Shown one piece after another: positions 1 through 13,239 of a stretch of 64,000 nucleotides of DNA (the first letter of the stretch is position 1; the number at the start of each line of letters is the position of its first letter). The DNA lies in contig OX597823.1 of NCBI GenBank assembly GCA_951406725.2, positions 62,620,001 through 62,684,000 of the forward strand, written 5' to 3'. Origin of the DNA: Octopus vulgaris. Its lineage: Eukaryota. The notes under the pieces were generated by a model. That model was not told the DNA's origin and ran no database searches. It saw only the letters and a list, made by a program, of their open reading frames with translations. The position numbers and the translations under genes were made by a program.

Positions 1-74
1 ACATATATATACATATATACATACATATATATATATATACATATATATATACATATATACATATATATATATAT

Positions 75-961
<887 letters not shown>

Positions 962-1230
962 GAAATGAAGAAAATGCTGACAAAATAATTTAAGTAATTT
1001 AAGTAATTTAATTAGGTGAGAGTTCTTTTTACCGGTTGCGCATTTGTTATGCTTATCAAAAGATATTTTTTAAGAGAGATAAAGTTCCTTTCTAATAGAT
1101 TTTTTTCCTCTTATCTGTATATACATATATATACATATATATATATATATCTTTTACTCTTTTACTCTTATACTTGTTTCAGCCATCCGGCTGAGGCCAT
1201 GCTGGGGCACCGCCCTTGTTGCTACCCTCT

Positions 1231-2042
1231 CTAAGTCCAGTTTGCCGTGGCTGGCCACTGATCTAAGAGAGAGTGTGTAGCTGCTGCCCTTAGGTTACCT
1301 TCGTACCTTGCAGTGGGTTCATCTGGGATCCCGGAAAGCAGCTTGTCTAGATGTTTTTTGAAAATGTCCACATCCGCATCATGTAGATCTCTTAGTTTTC
1401 TTGGCAGTTTGTTGAAAAGCTGAGGGCCCCTGAACCCCAGGCTATTACAGTATCTGCTCCTTACCCTGGATGTGGAAGACGGGACCTTTGGCACCACACA
1501 GTGACGTCCTGTACGGGGATTGGAACAGCTCTCAATTCCAAAATTTGGTGCTAGTCCCTCCAGGATTTTCCATATGTATATCACTGCATATCTCTCTCGT
1601 CTTCGTTCCAAGGAGTACAAATTGAGTTCCCTAAGCCTCTCCCAATAGTTCTTTTCTTTCATGGTGGAAATCCTCTTGGTGAAATGTCTTTGGATTGTCT
1701 CAAGCTCTGTGGTTAGTTTGACACTATGCGGTGACCACAGTTGGGAGCAGTAGTCCAGGCGGCTTAGGACAAATGTCCTCCATAGTGTCAACATGGTCTC
1801 GCCGTCTCTTGTCCTGAGGACATTCCGGACAAGAGACTGCGAGACCATGTTGACACTATGGAGGACATTTGTCCTAAGCCGCCTGGACTACTGCTCCCAA
1901 CTGTGGTCACCGCATAGTGTCAAACTAACCACAGAGCTTGAGACAATCCAAAGACATTTCACCAAGATTTCCACCATGAAAGAAAAGAACTATTGGGAGA
2001 GGCTTAGGGAACTCAATTTGTACTCCTTGGAACGAAGACGAG

Positions 2043-2043
<1 letters not shown>
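1231..2043. mobile_element. CR1/L2-group LINE 3' fragment arranged as a fold-back (minus copy 1231-1814, plus copy 1811-2043)
   Basis: [41 protein letters not shown] motifs on both strands. Confidence 0.88.
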
Positions 2044-2091
<48 letters not shown>

Positions 2092-2134
2092 TATATATAT
2101 GCATATATGTATATATATATATACGTATATATAT

Positions 2135-2177
<43 letters not shown>

Positions 2178-2185
2178 TATATGCA

Positions 2186-2406
<221 letters not shown>

Positions 2407-2489
2407 TTTATGTCTAGTTTCGGCACACAAGCTGTACTGGGGCACCGCTCTTTGATGTTGCTACATAATTTTAATTCACAAATGCTTTT

Positions 2490-3385
2490 TAGGAATTGAC
2501 AGTTTGATGTAGCTGCCCTCATCTGCACCTCCTGCCACAAAGTTGGTTCATCTGGGACACTTGACAGTAAGAGGTCCAGCCTTATTTTGAAGACACCAAG
2601 ATCCACCCCATGCAGGTTTCTCAGGTCCTTCAAGAGGATATTGAAGAGCCATGGACCTTTGAAGCCCAGGCTATTGCAGTATCTTGCCCCTATATCTTGA
2701 TAGCAAATTTGGAGTCCTTGGCACTATGCAGTGGCGCCCAGTTCTAGTATTTGTGTAACTCTCGATGCCAAAATTTGGGACAAGTCCTTCCAGGATCTTC
2801 CAGATGTATATTATGGCATATCTTTCTTGCCTACACTCTAAAGAAAAGAGTCTTAATCTTTTGTGTCTTTCCCAATAGCTTATATGCTGCATAGAGGTTA
2901 TCTTCTTCATGTAGCTTCCTTGGATTGCCTCAAGTTGAGATTAATTTGACACTTGTTGGTGACCATAGGTGGGAGCAATAGTCAACGTGGCTTAGGACAA
3001 GTGTCCTCCACAGCACCATTATGGTTTCCTGATCTCTTGTTCTGAAATTCTAAGAATTCATCCGGTCAGCTACCTACATTTCATAGCCAGTTTAGCAACA
3101 TGCACATGAAAGGTTACTTCATTACTCATGTAAATGCCCAGGTCTCGCACTGACTGTGCCTCTGGGATTGCAGTCCCTCCAGGTCCAGTGTATTTAATGG
3201 GTATTGCATTTAGTTTTGCAAGGAAGCTCTGAGAGAGGGACTTGCTTACATACTTTTAGAAGGATTACTGGGAATCCATCAGGGCCAGTAGCTGAGTTTG
3301 GGTTCGTTTCATCTATAGCCCTTATTACATCGTCTTCCTTTATATTGATGTAATCAATCATCATTGCCTCTGTTTTTATATCTGC
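2490..3385 (-). mobile_element. Diverged CR1/L2-group LINE fragments
   Basis: SYWERHKRLRLFSLE...IWKILEGLVPNFG; upstream piece SATGPDGFPVILLK. Confidence 0.8.
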
Positions 3386-3501
3386 AGTGTGTATATGTGT
3401 GTGTGTGTGTGTATGTTTGTGTGTATGTGTGAGTATATATATAAGGAACAACTATATAATGGCTACCGTCCCAGCCACCGCATTCATTTTTTAGACCCAA
3501 T

Positions 3502-4995
3502 ATGCAAACACAGAGACACAAGATAGCACCAAACAGGCAGGAGGAACCAAAAGTGATAAAAATTATTAATCTAACTCACAATGAACTAATAGCAAACCAA
3601 ATAAATATACTCTCCAAAGGACTCAAGTTTACACCCACCCCACAACACCCCAACTACAATGAAATGAAAGAAGACATCGCAGAATTCTGTAGAAAATTAC
3701 GACTTACTGAGGAGCTATATGACAAATTCAACGAGGACGAATCGTTGGTCAGAAATAGGAGTATCTACACCCCCTCAAAAGGTAAGAACAAAACGCTTAA
3801 TCGTTTCTGTGAACACATCTCGAATTACCCATATCAACACATGCACAAAAAAAAACCCAAACCAAACTTCAGCAAAAAAGGATGGGCTGAGCTGAACAAA
3901 TTAAAAAATGACAAAGCAATAACAATCAAAGAGGCCGATAAAGGGAGTGCAGTTGTTTTAATGGACACGACATTTTACATAACTTTAGTACTATCTATGT
4001 TGGAAGACACAACATATTATGGAAAGGCACAAAACTACAGTCAACAAAAAATAATGAGGGATCTAAAATCCATGTTAACCCCATACAAAGAAGGGCTCAC
4101 CGACAAAGAATATGACTATATGACCAATTTCACAAGTAAAACCAGTCAATTCTACGGTATTCCCAAGATACACAAAAGTGAGAAAATAAGTAATGCATGC
4201 AAGATAACCAGACAAAATAATTAAAGTCCCTAATCCTAATGACCTCAAATTGAGACCTACAATAGCAGGTCCCGCATGCGAAACCCACCGCCTGAGTAAC
4301 TTTTTAGATACCCTCTTAAAACCACTCCTCAAACATGTCAAAAGCTATATAAGGGACGACCTGGATATGCTCAATCACCTACCTAATACTATAAACAAAA
4401 ACACCCTACTAGTATCCTTCGATGTAGTCAACCTCTATTCCAATATCCCCCACAACCTAGGAATAGAGGCAATTCAATTCTGGCTAGAGAATCACGCCAA
4501 CGAACTCCCACATCGCATCAAAAAAGAATTCGTGATAGAAGGGGTTAAATTCATCCTGGAAAATAACTACTTCGCCTTCAAAGACAACTTCTACCGACAA
4601 AAATCGGGGACTGCGATGGGTACGCGAATGGCCCCCTCCTTTGCCAACCTAGTCATGGGATATCTAGAAATCAGTCTGTATCGTAAGGTTCTAGAAAGAT
4701 ATGGCAGCCCTTTCTCCCTCTACATAGAAAACAACTGGAAGAGATACCTAGATGACTGTTTCATCCTTTGGCATGAAAATATTGAGAAACTCAAAGAATT
4801 CCAAGCAATTTTAAATGGACTGGACGTAAACATCCAATTCACGATGGAATTTAGCCAGCAACAACTCCCCTTCCTCGACATCCTCATTAAGAAATCTAAT
4901 AATGTAATAGAAACAGATATATGCTACAAGCCTACGGATTATAAGCAATATCTTCCTTTCAATTCATGCCACCCCAGAATGAATATTCCCTTCAA
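3502..4995 (+). mobile_element. Penelope-like element reverse transcriptase (frameshifted ~4224, 3'-truncated)
   Basis: LSKGLKFTPTP, IKEADKG, FYGIPKIHK, RPTIAG, SFDVVNLYSNIP, YRQKSGTAMG, RYLDD, LPFLD, YKPT..QYLPFNSCHP. Confidence 0.92.
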
Positions 4996-5910
4996 TCTTC
5001 GTCGAGATTTTCAATGGGTTTTCGTCATCGCTGACATCCCGCATCCTATTCTCGGCGCTGATTTCTTGGATAGGTTTAATCTATTGGTGGATGTCAGGCG
5101 TCGGAGGCTTCTTGACAGCACGACGTCGCTCTCTACGCCGACTAGGAGTTCCACCAATGCGGTCCTTAGCCCGACATTCTTTGTTGCCACCTCTGGAGAC
5201 GCTTTTCACTCTCTTTTGGCTTCATTTCCGGAGCTAGTGGACATTGCCTTTCAACCGGAAAAGCCTACCCACTCGACCCTTCATTTTATCACCACCACTG
5301 GGCCGCCTGTATTTTCGCGCCCACGGCGCCTTGCGCCTGACCGTCTAAAAGCGGCTAGGGCCGAGTTTGAGCACATGCTCCAACTTGGCCTTATGAAACA
5401 ATTATGAGCTATTCCATTATACTCTTTATTATAAAAAATTCGTTATTTCAAGAGAAGAAACATGTAAAAATTAAAATTTATCTAATATAGTGGCATTTTC
5501 AAACTTCTTTTTTACAAATATATATATATATATATATACATATGTATCCACACATATACAAATCCAATAGTGACCACAATATGTTTAGTACATTGACTCG
5601 TACTATGTACATAACTATGTACTAAAAGCCAAAAATCAATAAATATCAATATACATAAATATAAAGATAAATTTACACACAAGTACCAGTATATAAAAAT
5701 ACAAATATGTACACACAAAAAACACTTATATCAAAATATATAAATACACAAACATTCATATACAAATACATATATTATGCACTTATACATAGATATACAA
5801 AAAATAATATGCCCATAACCCTTTACAATTTTGTATTTCTAAATATAATAAAGTAAAAAAGCTCTTAACAACTATTTATATCTATTTTAAAGGGTATTTA
5901 GAAATAAGTA

Positions 5911-6450
5911 TTATTTGTATCTAGAGAAAGTATACGCCAGTCTATGAAGGCATGAAACATTTCGTTCCTTAAAATTGTTAATAATTGGTAAATTAGCCCT
6001 AATTATAAAGAAAATCTCATTAATGCATAATGAGCATTTTCTATTCCTATTATTATACGCTGGTGCAGATATAAGTATTTTCCATTGCAAATTATAATTG
6101 ATTTTTTTGCCCTTAAGCTCCCATATATATGCACCTAACCCTGTAGAATTAATCCTATTCCTATTTTTAAAAGTATATCTGTGATAATTAAGTCTCTGTT
6201 TCAAATTATTCTTAGTAGCCCCAATATATACTCTATTATCATATTGTGTACTTACTATGCATTGGTATACTACCTCCTTTTTCAAACAGTCATTATTGAA
6301 GACACAATTTTCCTTAATTCTACAATTGCACCTATTATCTTGCTGTAATTGCTTTACTTTATTATGATTACTTGCTGCTGTATTCTTATCAATATTATGA
6401 TTATTAATATTACTATCATTATTACTTATTATTCCCATATGCATCGGCAT
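5911..6450 (-). mobile_element. PLE GIY-YIG endonuclease ORF (Naiad/Neptune-like) within a direct-repeat-bounded insert 5393-7258
   Basis: CNCRIKENC, VVYQC...VYIGAT..LKQRLNYH, STGLGAYIWELK, CSLC, CLH motifs. Confidence 0.88.
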
Positions 6451-7154
6451 ATTATTATTGATAATATTGCTCTCGTTATATTTTACGTTATTATTATTAT
6501 TATTATTATTACATACAGAGTTGTATATACATATATATGTATGTAGATATGTGTTTTTGTTTGTATATTTGTTGACAGTACATGATGGTTTTCTCGTCCA
6601 CTTTCATGTGTGCATGCTTGTGTATGTGCGATTGGATGCATAAATATATTTGTATGTGTTCCATTAAATGCAAGTTTGCGTTGTCCACTGTATACTTTTT
6701 TGTGGAAGTGTGCGTGGATGTGTATGTGTGTGTAGGTGCAATTCGGGGGTGTTGGGTGAGATAGAGGATATGGTTGTTTATGTTTACGTAGTGCGTAGCT
6801 ATATGTAGGTTTGCCTTGTCCATCGTTTACTTTTTGGTGCAGGAGTTCATTAAGTTGACCAAAATTACGACAACCAAGAATCACTACTGTTGCTCCCATC
6901 GGAACACAAGGTAAAATCTATAATGAACTCCTGCACTACACTTGACAAAACAGTGAGGAACGACTTACAGCTTATAATATATTTTTCGCCTTTTCAAGAA
7001 CATGGATTCTATTGAATGTATATAGCATGGACTCTATTGAATGTATGTAACAATTATAAACTGTTCCATTATACTTTTTATGTATATAGCATGGACTCTA
7101 TTGAATGTATGAAACAATTATGAACTATTCCATTATACTCTTTATTATAAAAAA

Positions 7155-7205
7155 AATTCTTTTTGATAAGGTTCGTTATTTCAAGAACCGAAACATGTAA
7201 AAATT
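7155..7205 (+). ncRNA. Minimal type-I hammerhead ribozyme motif, U3-A8 core
   Basis: TTGATAA-GGTTC(gttatttcaa)GAACC-GAA-ACATGT-A; palindromic stem III; weak A/T stem I. Confidence 0.6.
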
Positions 7206-7283
7206 AAAATTTATCTAATATAGTGGCATTTTCAAACTTCTTTTTTACAAATATATACGATCTAATCTTATACGATCTAATCT

Positions 7284-7338
<55 letters not shown>

Positions 7339-8903
7339 TATATTTCATGTGGGTTTAAAGGACACCTCTAAAAAGGACGGTCCACTCATCCTCTCTGCTG
7401 AAGTATTATCTGCTTTCGAGTCCATCAAGAAGGAATTAGTTTCTGTCCCGTTGCTAGCACATCCGATTCCCGATGCTTCACTCTCGTTAACAGTGGATGC
7501 ATCGGACACTGCGGTCGGCGCGGTACTGCAACACACAGTGGACGATCAGACTCGACCTCTAGCTTTCTTCTCTCGCCAGTTACAACTGGCTGAGCTGCGG
7601 TACAGCACTTTTGATCGCAAACTCTTGACGATCTACCTGTCAATTCGTCGTTTTCAACATCAACTCAAAGGGCGAGATTTTGTGATCTATACTGATCACA
7701 CGCCTCTTACGTTTGCCCTATCGTCTAAGACGGACAAACTCTTGCCTCGTGCTTTCCGTCACCTGGATTTTATTTCACAATTTACCAGTGACATTCGTCA
7801 CATACCTGGAAAAGAGAACGTTCCTGTTGACGCTCTTTCTCGTCTTCCAGTCTGTTCCCTTTCATCACCTGCTGAAATCAACTTGACTACCATTTCGCAG
7901 GACCAACCAGCCCTGGCGACGTTAGATTTAACTTCGCCAAGGTTTTCTTGTTGCCAATTTGCATATTTTCCGCTTCCATCGGCTGAAGGAACTATTCTTT
8001 ATGATACTTCTACTGGTTCTCCCAGGCCACTGGTGCCTGATAATCACCAACGCTCAGTGTTTGAGGCCCTGCACTCCTTGTCGCATCCGGGCATCGCTGC
8101 CACACTTAAGCTTATCACTGCTCGGTTTTTCTGGCCGAATATGCGTCGCACAATTACGACTTGGACACGTAGTTGCTCCCAGTGCCAACGCTCCAAGGTC
8201 CAGCGGCACATTCGTGCTCCGCTTGGACAGTTTTCTCCTCTGGAGGCCCGTTTTCGCCTTGTCCACATTGACTTGGTTGGACCATGGCCTGTGAGTCGCG
8301 GGTTCTCTTACATCTTGCTATTCCTATAGCAGACATTTCTGCTGAATCTGTTGCTCAAGCTTTTGTCTCTAACTGGATTTCCCGTTTCGGAGTTCCGTCC
8401 AGTTTAACTACTGATCGTGGACGCCAGTTTGAAGCTTCCTTATTTCGTGAATTGTCACGTATTCTAGGTGTGCATCATATTCGCACGATCAGTTACCATC
8501 CAGCTTCTAATGGGAAGGTCAAACGGTTTCATAGGCAGCTCAAGGCCGCTCTTCGTGCCTCTCCAGATCCGCAGTCCTGGACTGAATTTCTGCCCATTGT
8601 GTTTCTTGGTTGTCGTACTGCTGTCATAGCAGACTTGGGTTTTTCCTCTGCAGAGCTATTGTATGGTACCACACTAGCGTTGCCTGGTACGTTGTTGGTA
8701 CCAGACATTTCACGGCTTAATGATCCGGCGTCATACGTCGCCAGACTTCGCACCTATTTTTCTAATCTTCCTCCCATGGGTTCCCGGGACCATTCTTCAC
8801 CCTCTAATGTCCCGTCAGATATTGATTCTTGGTCGCATGTTTTTATTCAAGATGACTATGTCAAGGGACCTCTTGTTTCTCCTTACAGAGGACCTTTTCG
8901 TGT

Positions 8904-9493
8904 TGTAGTGACCCTATAACTGTGCGCGCTCGCGCACCGTCCATTTGTATTTCGCGCGTGTTGGTGCCTTTACCAAGGCAGAGAAAGGAAGGGCCCTCTC
9001 GCGCATGCGCGAACCACCGGAAGCACGACCCTGGCCAAGGCAGGGGGATCGTAGAACGTTTGACCACTAGCAGCAGCAAGCGGCGACTTGGGACCCAGCG
9101 ATTGAAGGCGACGGTCACGCATATTTTCTCTCCGTTCGAACTTGCTTCTAGCAGTCCTTACCAAAAGGCCTTTAACCAAATTGTTGCAGACCAACATCGT
9201 CTCCATTGTTCGACGCCATCTTGAACCCGTTCTGTTTTGCGGCTGAATATTGTAAATATTACAATCGATTAACTTTCAGCCTTGCGCGCCCAGAACCAAG
9301 GACATCAGATAACACACTTATTGTTATTGTTACCAAGAAAGAGAATAAAGTAGTTATATATATTTTACGTTTGCGTCTTGTTGTTTCTGACTGGTAGAAT
9401 TCTGGATTATTAAAGCAACGGCTAGTGAGTGATTGCTTTCTTGTACCCCGAAAGTACAAGACAAGATATTCACTCACATCTAAGTTCGTTACA
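8904..9493 (+). mobile_element. Solo LTR (590 bp) nested in Gypsy integrase
   Basis: TGTAGTGA...TCGTTACA termini, 4-bp TSD GTGT (8900-8903/9494-9497), AATAAA ~9344; removal restores PFRVLSRTPK. Confidence 0.9.
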
Positions 9494-10244
9494 GTGTGCT
9501 TTCTCGCACACCCAAAGTTTTTAACAATCGATGTGAATGGTCGCTCGGAGACCGTTTCTGTAGATAGACTTAAACGAGCATATTCTGAGGTGTCCACATC
9601 TTTCGATGACACCGCTGCCACGCCCACCTTGAACCTACACGTGCACCTTTGTCAACACCATCACTTACACATGCACCTCTGACAACACCAGCACCTACAA
9701 CACCACCTTCGTTGTCGCAACCTGCCTCGATCAAATCCTATGTTACCAGGACTGGCCGAACTGTTCACTGGCCTAAGAAACTTGCAAAGACTATTTACAT
9801 TTGACATTTTCTATTGTGAGTACAAACAATGGTGTATTCGTGACTGTCATTGCGTGATATTCTCTCAGAGAGGGATAAAGTATTGTACAAACGCTACAGT
9901 GCTCCCTTATCAGACAAAACGACAATTATAAAGTAAAGGGGCATAACTGTAGCGAAAAGGTGAAATTAGAACGCTTGGACAATTAGACATGGCGGTCGTG
10001 CATACATAATGTGTACGTGTGTACACATTATATTCTCTTGTGTATTGGACATTTCAATGTTTTGTTATTGAACATTTCTTGAAGAAAATTTTTGTTTTTC
10101 TTTTGCATGCTCATTTATATTGTAATTACAATTTTTCTTGAGTTGTCATATTTTGTGCCTCGTCTGTGGTAGATCGGTAGCTATCTTGTTTCTGGTGCCA
10201 CTACAATCTTTATATTCTCGTGCTCCGCACTCAATGGGGAGCCT

Positions 10245-10617
10245 TGTAGTGACGCCATTTTGGGATGTTCATCTGCGCATGTGCAATGTTTGGTGTCTTC
10301 CGGTAGGCCTGCTGGGAGCCCCCTTATGCGCACGCGCAGTAATCAGCAGTAGTTAGCTTTTCCCGCTACTCGATCTCAAGACGGTCGACGAATTAAGACG
10401 TGACCCGACAAGGCGCCGAGCGGAGGCGAACCAGACTCGGCGGGCGGTGAAGACTGTTTCAACCATGGAGATTTAATCCAACTCTTCTGTTTCCTATCCT
10501 ATCCCTGGCGTTCACGCTACCGATGTTCAGCGATGAAATATCTCCTTCGGTGAAAAATAAACTATTATTGTTATTTGTTCAGAGATTCGTGTTCCTGCCG
10601 TTTTATTCCTTTCTACA
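10245..10617 (+). mobile_element. 3' LTR of the Gypsy element
   Basis: Preceded by PPT-like tggggagcct; TGTAG...CTACA termini; AATAAA ~10556. Confidence 0.8.
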
Positions 10618-11259
10618 ACATTGTAGGGAAATGTGTGAAGCACCCAACAAATGCATATATCACACATAGATAGATAACAAATCCTACAGGTATTTATATT
10701 AAATTTCATTTTTCAGGGAAAAACTCGGGTCTTGTGAATTTTGGAAGTCTGCCCCACGCAATTTTTTTTTTCTTTTTCATACTCGTTTCCTACACATTTT
10801 TTTCTTACATCCGTTGCATTATTTTTTCTTTATTATGTTTACGGGTAAGCATTAACCGAATTTTGAATAACAAAAATTAAATATCACAAGGGGCATCAGA
10901 AATGATTGGATGGGGCACGGCCAAAAATCGATTGGGAACCACTGATCTAAGCGATTATTTGCTGAAAATTTCGTTAAAAAGTAATCTAAAATGGATACTA
11001 TTTAACGAAACTTTCAACAAATAATCGCTTAGATCCTGTAGATTGATGTATGTAAAGATTTGTTGGAAGATGGGGTATACATCTGTAGTAATGCCATACA
11101 ATAAAATATTAATTCTTTATAAACGAACAAAGAAGAAGTGAACGCCCTTACATTGAAAGCCATGAGAGATCGCGTGTGTATGTGTGTGTGTGTGTATTTG
11201 CGTGCGTGCGTGCCTCTGTGTGTGTGTGTGTGTGTGTGTGTATTTGCGTGCGTGCGTGC

Positions 11260-11325
<66 letters not shown>

Positions 11326-11829
11326 TTCTCTGTCTTTCAAGATATGGAAAACGCAATTCGGATCTTTCATTCGCAAAATATACCCCCTTTAATTTTGCTC
11401 AGATTGCTTTCAATTTTGGTGTATCGATGCAACTCTGAATTTTGATTACGATCAACCAATTACTTTGTCTCGTAAATTAAAGAATCTGTAAGGGTCTAGC
11501 ATGACTCTGCCTGAGATTTGAAACCCAAATTCATCGGCTTGTTGCTTGTCAAAACGAGCGGGAAACCCTCCACACTAGGAGCTGTACTGGTCAAGGAAAG
11601 GTCATTCCTTTGTTTAAGGTTAACAGAGAGAATTTTCTATCTTACTCTCATGTGTCAGCTATGACCCAGGAGCAATACCGGCTGTTAGGAGTCAGCCAGA
11701 CCAAGGAGCAATATCCGTTTTTGCATCAGCCTTAACCAAGAACAGCACTTCCCTTCGCTCGACATGCGAAGAGAGGCTTTCGGCCGCAAGAAAGACGATG
11801 CCGCCTCAAGTGAGAAAAGAATTTGCAAA

Positions 11830-12863
11830 CTTACAATGCTGAGCATAATAAAAACTAACTTTGTTTTCTTTCTGGAGAAGATTCTAGCTCTTTAATCTGG
11901 AACCCAGAAGTTCAGTCTGCTTTTTTGACAAGTTTAAATCCTGCACAAGATCATTCAGATCTCCCTGACTCAACAAATGTGGTTCGCTTGTAGAACAATT
12001 AGGCTCAAAGTCTATGTCTTCTGTTTCTTTCTCCATATTTTCATCACTTGACTTGTCATCACTAAGTGTCATTTGTTTTTGAGGGTCAGGTACAGGGATG
12101 TGTTGACTGTGAAGTACTGGTCTCATAACAGATTGTAAATTAGAATATCTTACAGTATGCTCGGATTTAATGTTATATCTTGCATATTCGTCATGCAGAA
12201 GTAGCAACCTGAAGTGTGATCTTTGGACTCCCTCCAAATCAAAAGGACAGCAAAAGGCATACAGCATGAACCTTTGGCCCATACAGTGAGAAGCCTGACA
12301 CAGGTTACACAACACACATGAGGGGCCCAGCTTTTATCCTGGTCACCCACTTTGCAATCAAAATAATGCACATAGCACTTTTTAATCAATAGTATGAATC
12401 ACTATCTTTGTGACTTTGAATGTTAAGCCAACGCAAATATAGCAAAAGTTGCTTGCAATACTTATACAGTTTCATGGCATTATGAAGGTGAATGGAACAT
12501 GTGAACTTAGTACACAACTGCACACCTACACTTCATGCACAGTACTGACAAAGCATCAATGATGCATCAACTCAGTATTGCCAAGCTTCAGGGACTCATT
12601 GACTCAGCTAGCTGGATTTATGATTTCACTAGGTTAATTCTATTCATAAACATTTAAATTAGCAGTATTTCTTAAACCGTTAGCTTCATATTTCAACAGC
12701 TTAACCGAAATATAGCTCACATAACAGGAACTGAGATGGATATCATGGAAGAGAGAAACTGTGGGTGATACAGATAATTTGACATTATTTTTGCATTCTG
12801 CATGCAAAAACATATAAGATACAGGTATTCTTTTTCTTGGAACAAATTCTTTGTTGACCAGTG
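11830..12863 (-). mobile_element. Degenerate DNA transposon 5' part, Chapaev3/CMC-like
   Basis: CKVGDQDKSWAPHVCCVTC, WRE..DH..CYFC, LSQGDLNDLVQDLNLSK..ELLGSRLK; CACTG terminus next to TAA; superfamily from recall. Confidence 0.6.
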
Positions 12864-12937
12864 TTATTCTTATTGTAGTTTACAAATCCAACCATGAAAA
12901 CGTTAATCAACTTTGAAGTTTTAGAAACCGACACCCC

Positions 12938-12994
<57 letters not shown>

Positions 12995-13239
12995 GAATGC
13001 ATGAATGTACATATAAACTTATATTTGAATACATACATCCACATACACTTATATATTAATGATGTACACAAATATATGACCAGTATACATATTATATTAC
13101 TGAAATAGGCATAAAGTAAACACATATAGACAAATATATAATACAAAATCAATATTATAAAAATCAATGAAGGGACAAAAGAAATAGTAAGATGACATGT
13201 GTTGACTTTATTACGTATTTCAGTTTATTTAGAAACCTA

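Larger units (their letters stand above)
4990..10617 (+). mobile_element. Fragmented Ty3/Gypsy LTR retrotransposon (protease/RT start 4990-5392; RNase H-integrase ~7345-8903 and 9494-9790; PPT and 3' LTR)
   Basis: PILGADFL, RPRRLAP; [59 protein letters not shown]|VSVDRLK. Confidence 0.92.

Noticed and set aside
5911-6450. Selenoprotein-type Naiad (UGA-Sec with SECIS)
   Set aside because: Cys positions are normal Cys codons with no in-frame TGA; no SECIS recognised
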